A DNA stretch of 64,000 bases from Eledone cirrhosa. Taxonomy: Eukaryota. This document shows positions 53,801 through 64,000 of this stretch, one piece after another; position 1 is the stretch's first letter; every line of letters begins with the position of its first letter. The notes below the pieces were generated by a model, which had not been told where the DNA came from, made no database searches, and worked only from the letters and a program-made list of their open reading frames with translations. The position numbers and the translations under genes are program-made. The stretch spans positions 260,958,001 through 261,022,000 of the forward strand of contig OZ024741.1 in NCBI GenBank assembly GCA_964016885.1, in the 5' to 3' direction.

Positions 53801-56800
53801 CGACTTACGAGTGTTTCGGCTTATGAGTGTTTCGACTTACGAGTGTTTCGGCTTACGAGTGTTTCGACTTATGGGTGTTTCGACTTACGAGTGTTTTTAC
53901 TTACGGTGTTTCGGCTTACGAGTGTTTCGACATACGAGTGTTTTGACTTACGGGTGTTTCGGCTTACGAGTGTTTCGACTTACGAGTGTTTCGGCTTACG
54001 AGTGTTTCGACTTACTAATGTTTTTACTTACGAGTGTTTCGGCGTACGAGAGTTTTGACTTACGAGTGTTTCGACTTACGAGTGTTTTGACTTACGAATG
54101 TTTTGACTTACGGGTGTTTCGGCTTATGAGTGTTTCGACTTACGAGTCTTTCGGCTTACGAGTGTTTCGACTTACTAATGTTTTTACTTACGAGTGTTTC
54201 GGCGTACGAGTGTTTCGACTTACGAGTGTTTCGACTTACGGGTGTTTTGACTTACGGGTGTTTCGGCTTACGAGTGTTTCGAATTACGAGTGTTTTGACT
54301 TAAGGGTATTTCGACTTACGAGTATTTTTGGCTTACGAGTGTTTCGACTTACGAGTGTTTCGACTTGCGAGTGTTTCGGCTTACGATTGTTTCGACTTAC
54401 GAGTGTTTCGGTTTACGAGTGTTTCGACTTACGGGTGTTTTGACATACGATTGTTTGGGCTTACGAATGTTTCGACTTACGAGTGTTTCGACTTACGAGT
54501 GTTTTGACTTATGGTGTTTCGGCTTACGAGTGTTTTGACTTACGAGTGTTTTGACTTACGGGTGTTTTGACATACGATTGTTTCGATACGAGTGTTCTGA
54601 CTTACGAGTGTTCTGACTTACGAGTGGTCTGACTTACGGGTGTTCTGACTTACGAGTGTTCCGACTTACGAGTGTTTCGACTTACGAATGTTTTGGCTTA
54701 CGAGTGTTTCGGCTTACGAGTGTTTCGGCTTACGAGTGTTTCGGCTTACGAGTGTTTCGACATACGAGTGTTTTGACTTACGGGTGTTTCGACTTACGGG
54801 TGTTTCGACGTAAGATTGCTCTGACTTACGAGTGTTCTGAATTACGGGTGTTCTGACTTACGTGTGTTCCGACTTACGAGTGTTTCGGTTATGGGTGTTT
54901 CGACTTACGAGTGTTTCGACTTACGAATGTTTTGGCTTACGAGTGTTTCGGCTTACGAATGTTTCGACTTACGAGTGTTTCGGCGTACGAGAGTTTTGAC
55001 TTACGAGTGTTTCGACTTACGAGTGTTTTGACTTACGAATGTTTTGACTTACGGGTGTTTCGGCTTATGAGTGTTTCGACTTACGAGTCTTTCGGCTTAC
55101 GAGTGTTTCGACTTACTAATGTTTTTACTTACGAGTGTTTCGGCGTACGAGTGTTTCGACTTACGAGTGTTTCGACTTACGGGTGTTTTGACTTACGGGT
55201 GTTTCGGCTTACGAGTGTTTCGACTTACGAGTGTTTTGACTTAAGGGTGTTTCGACTTACGAGTATTTTTGGCTTACGAGTGATTCGACTTACGAGTGTT
55301 TCGACTTACGAGTGTTTCGGCTTACGATTGTTTCGACTTACGAGTGTTTCGGTTTACGAGTGTTTCGACTTATGAGTGTTTCGACTTACGAGTGTTTCGG
55401 CTTACGAGTGTTTCGACTTATGGGTGTTTCGACTTACGAGTGTTTTTACTTACGGTGTTTCGGCTTACGAGTGTTTCGACATACGAGTGTTTTGACTTAC
55501 GGGTGTTTCGGCTTACGATTGTTTCGACTTACGAGTGTTTCGGTTTACGAGTGTTTCGGCTTATGAGTGTTTCGACTTACGAGTGTTTCGGCTTACGAGT
55601 GTTTCGACTTATGGGTGTTTCGACTTACGAGTGTTTTTACTTACGGTGTTTCGGCTTACGAGTGTTTCGACATACGAGTGATTTGACTTACGGGTGTTTC
55701 GGCTTACGAGTGTTTCGACTTACGAGTGTTTCGGCTTACGAGTGTTTCGACTTACTAATGTTTTTACTTACGAGTGTTTCGCCGTACGAGAGTTTTGACT
55801 TACGAGTGTTTCGACTTACGAGTGTTTTGACTTACGAATGTTTTGACTTACGGGTGTTTCGGCTTATGAGTGTTTCGACTTACGAGTGTTTCGGCTTACG
55901 AGTGTTTCGACTTACTAATGTTTTTACTTACGAGTGTTTCGGCGTACGAGTGTTTCGACTTACGAGTGTTTCGACTTACGGGTGTTTTGACTTACGGGTG
56001 TTTCGGCTTACGAGTGTTTCGACTTACGAGTGTTTTGACTTACGAGTGTTCTGATTTACGGATGTTTCGACATACGAGTGTTTCGACTTACGAGTGTTTC
56101 GACTTATGAGTGTTTCGACTTACGAGTGTTTCGGCTTACGAGTGTTTCGACTTACGAGTGTTTTGACTTACGGTGTTTCGGCTTACGAGTGTTTCGACTT
56201 ACGAGTGTTTTGACTTACGGGTGTTTTGACATACGAGTGTTTCGATACGAGTGTTCTGACTTACGAGTGTTCTGACTTACGAGTGTTTTGACTTACGAGT
56301 GTTCTGACTTACGAGTGTTCCGACTTACGAGTGTTCCGACTTACGAGTGTTTCGGCTTACGAGTGTTTCCGGCTTACGAGTGTTTCGACTTCCGAGTGTT
56401 TTGACTTACGGTGTTTCGGCTTACGAGTGATTCGACTTACGAGTGTTTTGACTTACGGGTGATTTGACTTACGGGTGTTGTGAATTACGAGTGTTTCGAT
56501 TTACGAGTGTTTTGACTTACGGTGTTTCGGCTTACGAGTGATTCGACTTACGAATGTTTTGACTTACGGGTGTTTCGGCTTGCGAGTGTTTCGACTTACG
56601 AGTGTTTCGGCTTATGGGTGTTTCGACTTACTAATGTTTTTACTTACGAGTGTTTCGGCGTATGAGTGTTTTGACTTACGAGTGTTTCGACTTACGAGTG
56701 TTTCGACTTACGAGTGTTTAGGCTTACGTGAGTTTCGACTTAAGAGTGTTCTGATTTACGAGTGTTCTGACTTGCGGGTGTTCTGATTTACGAGTGTTCC

Positions 56801-59800
56801 GACTTACGAGTGTTTCGGCTTATGAGTGTTTCGACTTACGAGTGTTTCGGCTTACGAGTGTTTCGACTTATGGGTGTTTCGACTTACGATTGATTTTACT
56901 TACGGTGTTTCGGCTTACGAGTGTTTCGACATACGAGTGTTTTGACTTACGGGTGTTTCGACTTACGAGTGTTTTGACTTACGAATGTTTTGACTTACGG
57001 GTGTTTCGGCTTACGAATGTTTCGACTTACGAGTGTTTCGGCTTACGAGTGTTTCGACTTACTAATGTTCTTACGAGTGTTTCGGCGTACGAGAGTTTTG
57101 ACTTACGAGTGTTTCGACTTACGAGTGTTTCGACTTACGAGTGTTTTGACTTACGAATGTTTTGACTTACGGGTGTTTCGGCTTACGAGTGTTTCGACTT
57201 ACGAGTCTTTCGGCTTACGAGTGTTTCGACTTACTAATGTTTTTACTTACGAGTGTTTCGGCGTACGAGTGTTTCGACTTACGAGTGTTTCGACTAACGG
57301 GTGTTTTGACTTACGGGTGTTTCGGCTTACGAGTGTTTTGACTTACGAGTGTTTTGACTTAAGGGTGTTTCGACTTACGAGTATTTTTGGCTTACGAGTG
57401 TTTCGACTTACGAGTGTTTTGACTTACGAGTGTTCTGATTTACGGATGTTTCGACATACGAGTGTTTCGACTTACGAGTATTTCGACTTATGAGTGTTTC
57501 AACTTACGACTGTTTCGACTTACGAGTGTTTCGGCTTACGAGTGTTTCGACATACGAGTGTTTTGACTTACGGGTGTTTCGGCTTACGATTGTTTCGACT
57601 TACGAGTGTTTCGGTTTACGAGTGTTTCGTCTTATGAGTGTTTCGACTTACGAGTGTTTCGGCTTACGAGTGTTTCGACTTATGGGTGTTTCGACTTACG
57701 AGTGTTTTTACTTACGGTGTTTCGGCTTACGAGTGTTTCGACATACGAGTGATTTGACTTACGGGTGTTTCGGCTTACGAGTGTTTCGACTTACGAGTGT
57801 TTCGGCTTACGAGTGTTTCGACTTACTAATGTTTTTACTTACGAGTGTTTCGCCGTACGAGAGTTTTGACTTACGAGTGTTTCGACTTACGAGTGTTTTG
57901 ACTTACGAATGTTTTGACTTACGGGTGTTTCGGCTTATGAGTGTTTCGACTTACGAGTGTTTCGGCTTACGAGTGTTTCGACTTACTAATGTTTTTACTT
58001 ACGAGTGTTTCGGCGTACGAGTGTTTCGACTTACGAGTGTTTCGACTTACGGGTGTTTTGACTTACGGGTGTTTCGGCTTACGAGTGTTTCGACTTACGA
58101 GTGTTTTGACTTACGAGTGTTCTGATTTACGGATGTTTCGACATACGAGTGTTTCGACTTACGAGTGTTTCGACTTATGAGTGTTTCGACTTACGAGTGT
58201 TTCGGCTTACGAGTGTTTCGATTTACGAGTGTTTTGACTTACGGTGTTTCGGCTTACGAGTGTTTCGACTTACGAGTGTTTTGACTTACGGGTGTTTTGA
58301 CATACGAGTGTTTCGATACGAGTGTTCTGACTTACGAGTGTTCTGACTTACGAGTGTTTTGACTTACGAGTGTTCTGACTTACGAGTGTTCCGACTTACG
58401 AGTGTTCCGACTTACGAGTGTTTTGACTTACGAATGTTTTGACTTACGGGTGTTTCGGCTTACGAATGTTTCGACTTACGAGTGTTTCGGCTTACGAGTG
58501 TTTCGACTTACTAATGTTCTTACGAGTGTTTCGGCGTACGAGAGTTTTGACTTACGAGTGTTTCGACTTACGAGTGTTTCGACTTACGAGTGTTTTAACT
58601 TACGAATGTTTTGACTTACGGGTGTTTCGGCTTACGAGTGTTTCGACTTACGAGTCTTTCGGCTTACGAGTGTTTCGACTTACTAATGCTTTTACTTACG
58701 AGTGTTTCGGCGTACGAGTGTTTCGACTTACGAGTGTTTCGACTAACGGGTGTTTTGACTTACGGGTGTTTCGGCTTACGAGTGTTTTGACTTACGAGTG
58801 TTTTGACTTAAGGGTGTTTCGACTTACGAGTATTTTTGGCTTACGAGTGTTTCGACTTACGAGTGTTTTGACTTACGAGTGTTCTGATTTACGGATGTTT
58901 CGACATACGAGTGTTTCGACTTACGAGTATTTCGACTTATGAGTGTTTCAACTTACGACTGTTTCGACTTACGAGTGTTTCGGCTTACGAGTGTTTCGAC
59001 ATACGAGTGTTTTGACTTACGGGTGTTTCGGCTTACGATTGTTTCGACTTACGAGTGTTTCGGTTTACGAGTGTTTCGGCTTATGAGTGTTTCGACTTAC
59101 GAGTGTTTCGGCTTACGAGTGTTTCGACTTATGGGTGTTTCGACTTACGAGTGTTTTTACTTACGGTGTTTCGGCTTACGAGTGTTTCGACATACGAGTG
59201 ATTTGACTTACGGGTGTTTCGGCTTACGAGTGTTTCGACTTACGAGTGTTTCGGCTTACGAGTGTTTCGACTTACTAATGTTTTTACTTACGAGTGTTTC
59301 GCCGTACGAGAGTTTTGACTTACGAGTGTTTCGACTTACGAGTGTTTTGACTTACGAATGTTTTGACTTACGGGTGTTTCGGCTTATGAGTGTTTCGACT
59401 TACGAGTGTTTCGGCTTACGAGTGTTTCGACTTACTAATGTTTTTACTTACGAGTGTTTCGGCGTACGAGTGTTTCGACTTACGAGTGTTTCGACTTACG
59501 GGTGTTTTGACTTACGGGTGTTTCGGCTTACGAGTGTTTCGACTTACGAGTGTTTTGACTTACGAGTGTTCTGATTTACGGATGTTTCGACATACGAGTG
59601 TTTCGACTTACGAGTGTTTCGACTTATGAGTGTTTCGACTTACGAGTGTTTCGGCTTACGAGTGTTTCGACTTACGAGTGTTTTGACTTACGGTGTTTCG
59701 GCTTACGAGTGTTTCGACTTACGAGTGTTTTGACTTACGGGTGTTTTGACATACGAGTGTTTCGATACGAGTGTTCTGACTTACGAGTGTTCTGACTTAC

Positions 59801-62800
59801 GAGTGTTTTGACTTACGAGTGTTCTGACTTACGAGTGTTCCGACTTACGAGTGTTCCGACTTACGAGTGTTTCGGCTTACGAGTGTTTCCGGCTTACGAG
59901 TGTTTCGACTTCCGAGTGTTTTGACTTACGGTGTTTCGGCTTACGAGTGATTCGACTTACGAGTGTTTTGACTCACGGGTGATTTGACTTACGGGTGTTG
60001 TGAATTACGAGTGTTCCGATTTACGAGTGTTTTGACTTACGGTGTTTCGGCTTACGAGTGATTCGACTTACGAATGTTTTGACTTACGGGTGTTTCGGCT
60101 TGCGAGTGTTTCGACTTACGAGTGTTTCGGCTTATGGGTGTTTCGACTTACTAATATTTTTACTTACGAGTGTTTCGGCGTATGAGTGTTTTGACTTACG
60201 AGTGTTTCGACTTACGAGTGTTTCGACTTACGAGTGTTTAGGCTTACGTGAGTTTCGACTTAAGAGTGTTCTGATTTACGAGTGTTCTGACTTGCGGGTG
60301 TTCTGATTTACGAGTGTTCCGACTTACGAGTGTTTCGGCTTATGAGTGTTTCGACTTACGAGTGTTTCGGCTTACGAGTGTTTCGACTTATGGATGTTTC
60401 GACTTACGATTGTTTTTACTTACGGTGTTTCGGCTTACGAGTGTTTCGACATACGAGTGTTTTGACTTACGGGTGTTTCGACTTACGAGTGTTTTGACTT
60501 ACGAATGTTTTGACTTACGGGTGTTTCGGCTTACGAGTGTTTCGACTTACTAATGTTCTTACGAGTGTTTCGGCGTACGAGAGTTTTGACTTACGAGTGT
60601 TTCGACTTACGAGTGTTTCGACTTACGAGTGTTTTGACTTACGAATGTTTTGACTTACGGGTGTTTCGGCTTACGAGTGTTTCGACTTACGAGTCATTCG
60701 GCTTACGAGTGTTTCGACTTACTAATGTTTTTACTTACGAGTGTTTCGGCGTACGAGTGTTTCGACTTACGAGTGTTTCGACTAACGGGTGTTTTGACTT
60801 ACGGGTGTTTCGGCTTACGAGTGTTTTGACTTACGAGTGTTTTGACTTAAGGGTGTTTCGACTTACGAGTATTTTTGGCTTACGAGTGTTTCGACTTACG
60901 AGTGTTTTGACTTACGAGTGTTCTGATTTACGGATGTTTCGACATACGAGTGTTTCGACTTACGAGTATTTCGACTTATGAGTGTTTCAACTTACGACCG
61001 TTTCGACTTACGAGTGTTTCGGCTTACGAGTGTTTCGACTTACGAGTGTTTTGACTTACGGGTGTTTTGACATACGAGTGTTTCGATACGAGTGTTCTGA
61101 CTTACGAGTGTTCTGACTTACGAGTGTTTTGACTCACGAGTGTTCCGACTTACGAGTGTTCCGACTTACGAGTGTTTCGGCTTACGAGTGTTTCCGGCTT
61201 ACGAGTGTTTCGACTTACGAGTGTTTTGACTTACGAATGTTTCGGCTTACGAGTGTTTCGGCTTACGAGTGTTCCGACTTAGGAGTGTTTCGGCTTACGA
61301 GTGTTTCCGGCTTACGAGTGTTTCGACTTACGAGTGTTTCAACTTTCGAGTGTTTTGACTTACGGTGTTTCGGCTTACGAGTGATTCGACTTACGAGTGT
61401 TTTGACTTACGGGTGTTTTGACTTACGGGTGTTGTGAATTACCAGTGTTCCGATTTACGAGTGTTTTGACTTACGGTGTTTCGGCTTGCGAGTGTTTCGA
61501 CTTACGAGTGTTTCGGCTTATGAGTGTTTCGACTTACTAATGTTTTTACTTACGAGTGTTTCGGCTTACGGGTGTTTCGACTTACGAGTGTTTCGACTTA
61601 CGAGTGTTCTGACTTACGAGTGTTCTGACTTACGAGTGTTCTGACTTACGAGTGTTCCGACTTACGAGTGTTTCGGTTTACGAGTGTTTCGACATACGAG
61701 TGTTTTGACTTACGGGTGTTTCGACTTACGGGTGTTTCGACTTACGAGTGTTTCGGCTTACGAGAGTTTCGACTTACTAATGTTTTTAATTACGAGTGTT
61801 TCGGTGTACGAATGTTTTGACTTAAGGATGTTTCGACTTACGAGTGTTTCGACTTACGAGTGTTTCGGCTTACGTGAGTTTCGACTTAAGAGTGTTCTAA
61901 TTTACGAGTGTTCTGACTTGCGGGTGTTCTGATTTACGAGTGTTCCGACTTACGAGTGTTTCGGCTTATGAGTGTTTCGACTTACGAGTGTTTCGGCTTA
62001 CGAGTGTTTCGACTTATGGGTGTTTCGACTTACGAGTGTTTTTACTTACGGTGTTTCGGCTTACGAGTGTTTCGACATACGAGTGTTTTGACTTACGGGT
62101 GTTTCGGCTTACGAGTGTTTCGACTTACGAGTGTTTCGGCTTACGAGTGTTTCGACTTACTAATGTTTTTACTTACGAGTGTTTCGGCGTACGAGAGTTT
62201 TGACTTACGAGTGTTTCGACTTACGAGTGTTTTGACTTACGAATGTTTTGACTTACGGGTGTTTCGGCTTATGAGTGTTTCGACTTACGATTCTTTCGGC
62301 TTACGAGTGTTTCGACTTACTAATGTTTTTACTTACGAGTGTTTCGGCGTACGAGTGTTTCGACTTACGAGTGTTTCGACTTACGGGTGTTTTGACTTAC
62401 GGGTGTTTCGGCTTACGAGTGTTTCGAATTACGAGTGTTTTGACTTAAGGGTATTTCGACTTACGAGTATTTTTGGCTTACGAGTGTTTCAACTTACGAG
62501 TGTTTCGACTTACGAGTGTTTCGGCTTACGATTGTTTCGACTTACGAGTGTTTCGGTTTACGAGTGTTTCGACTTACGGGTGTTTTGACATACGATTGTT
62601 TGGGCTTACGAATGTTTCGACTTACGAGTGTTTCGACTTACGAGTGTTTTGACTTATGGTGTTTCGGCTTACGAGTGTTTTGACTTACGAGTGTTTTGAC
62701 TTACGGGTGTTTTGACATACGATTGTTTCGATACGAGTGTTCTGACTTACGAGTGTTCTGACTTACGAGTGGTCTGACTTACGGGTGTTCTGACTTACGA

Positions 62801-63110
62801 GTGTTCCGACTTACGAGTGTTTCGACTTACGAATGTTTTGGCTTACGAGTGTTTCGGCTTACGAGTGTTTCGGCTTACGAGTGTTTCGGCTTACGAGTGT
62901 TTCGACATACGAGTGTTTTGACTTACGGGTGTTTCGACTTACGGGTGTTTCGACGTAAGATTGCTCTGACTTACGAGTGTTCTGAATTACGGGTGTTCTG
63001 ACTTACGTGTGTTCCGACTTACGAGTGTTTCGGTTATGGGTGTTTCGACTTACGAGTGTTTCGACTTACGAATGTTTTGGCTTACGAGTGTTTCGGCTTA
63101 CGAATGTTTC
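50290..63110 (+). repeat. About 4.7-kb block duplicated at 8145-bp offset (about 50290-54965 and 58435-63110), with 2071- and 1449-bp sub-duplications between
   Basis: ORF pairs 50294/58439, 50794/58939, 51913/60058, 52984/61129, 53811/61956 and 54656/62801 are at +8145. Marker GACGTAAGATTGCTCT at 54807/62952. Pairs 55870/57941 at +2071 and 57490/58939 at +1449. Confidence 0.88.
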
Positions 63111-64000
63111 GACTTACGAATGTTTTGGCTTACGAGTGTTTCGGCTTACGGGTGTTTCGACTTACGAGTGTTTTGACTTACGAGTGTTTTGACTTACGGT
63201 GTTTCGGCTTACGATTTATTCGACATACGAGTGTTTCGACTTACGGGTGTTTCGACTTACGGGTGTTTCGACTTACGAGTGTTTCGACTTATGAGTGTTT
63301 CGACTTACGAGTGTTCTGACTTACGAGTGTTCTGACTTACGAGTGTTCCAACTTACGAGTGTTTCGGTTTACGAGTGATTCGACATACGAGTGTTTTGAC
63401 TTACGGGTGTTTCGACTTACGGGTGTTTCGACTTACGAATGTTTCGGCTTACGAGTGTTTCGACTTACTAATGTTTTTACTTACGAGTGTTTCGGTGTAC
63501 GAGTGTTTCGACTTAAGGATGTTTCGACTTACGAGTGTTTCGACTTACGTGTGTTTCGGCTTACGTGAGTTTCGACTTAAGAGTGTTCTGATTTACGAGT
63601 GTTTTGACTTGCGGGTGTTCTGATTTACGAGTGTTCCGACTTACGAGTGTTTCGGCTTATGAGTGTTTCGACTTACGAGTGTTTCGGCTTACGAGTGTTT
63701 CGACTTATGGGTGTTTCGACTTACGAGTGTTTTTACTTATGGTGTTTCGGCTTACGAGTGTTTCGACATACGAGTGTTCAGACTTACGAGTGTTCCGACT
63801 TACGAGTGTTTCAGCTTATGAGTGTTTCGACTTACGAGTGCTTCGGATTACGAGTGTTTCGACTTACGAGTGTTTCGGCTTACGAGTGTTTCGACTTACG
63901 AATGTTTTGACTTACGAGTGTTTCGGCTTACGAGTGTTTCGGCTTATGAGTGTTTCGACTTACGAGTGTTTTGACTTATGGTGTTTCGGCTTACGAGTGT

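Larger units (their letters stand above)
1..64000 (+). repeat. 16-bp satellite DNA array, consensus GACTTACGAGTGTTTC, about 3,700 monomers, extending to both window edges
   Basis: Monomer read directly throughout the window. Common variants are GGCTTAC, TTTTGAC, TTCTGAC, TTCCGAC, CGGGTG, CGAATG and GACATAC. No inverted monomer blocks were seen. Count estimated as (64000 - 5x815 - 17x69)/16. Confidence 0.99.

Noticed and set aside
54807-54822. Micro-inversion CTTACG to CGTAAG in the divergent monomer GACGTAAGATTGCTCT (also at 62952)
   Set aside because: Both substitutions exist separately as variants (GACGTAC, CTTAAG) and the monomer has other changes, so point mutation explains it equally well. 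Used only as a duplication marker.
38-63910. Hundreds of + strand ORFs encoding (TYECFDLRVFRLTSVS)n
   Set aside because: The consensus 16-mer has no stop codon in any + frame, so three monomers give the same 16-aa repeat in all frames. ORFs overlap in different frames, mostly start at GTG/TTG, end at CGA>TGA variants and are broken by frequent frameshifting indels. The - strand has TAA in every monomer, which explains the absence of - ORFs.
1-64000. CRISPR array
   Set aside because: Repeats are contiguous 16-mers without unique spacers, the 69-bp inserts are near-identical to each other, and there are no cas genes.
1-64000. Canonical CENP-B box (TTCG-N4-A-N2-CGGG)
   Set aside because: The variant TTCGACTTACGGG has TTCG-N4-A, but CGGG follows immediately, 2 bp short of the required spacing.

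Overview
The whole window is a eukaryotic-type satellite DNA array. It holds about 3,700 head-to-tail copies of a degenerate 16-bp monomer (consensus GACTTACGAGTGTTTC), all in one orientation. Only two kinds of non-satellite DNA interrupt it. (i) Seventeen copies of a 69-bp AT-rich spacer in three subtypes (A/B/C), always at the same position of the monomer, all between 2540 and 40630. (ii) Five near-identical 815-bp islands (starts 10418, 16483, 22312, 28173, 31691), each with a 35-bp hairpin directly abutting a Helitron-like 5' end (TCTATATATATAAAA followed by CTGT/GT microsatellite), a second diverged copy of that end segment and an 80-bp tandem duplication. Monomer variants, spacers and islands together define nested higher-order repeats: about 5.8-6.1 kb units (one deleted to 3.5 kb) across about 7.9-35.9 kb, and 973, 4731, 2773, 2071, 1449 and 8145 bp duplications elsewhere. 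No protein-coding gene, RNA gene or CRISPR system is supported. All ORFs in the track are artefacts of a 16-mer that lacks stop codons on the + strand. Coordinates were counted by eye and duplication boundaries are approximate.
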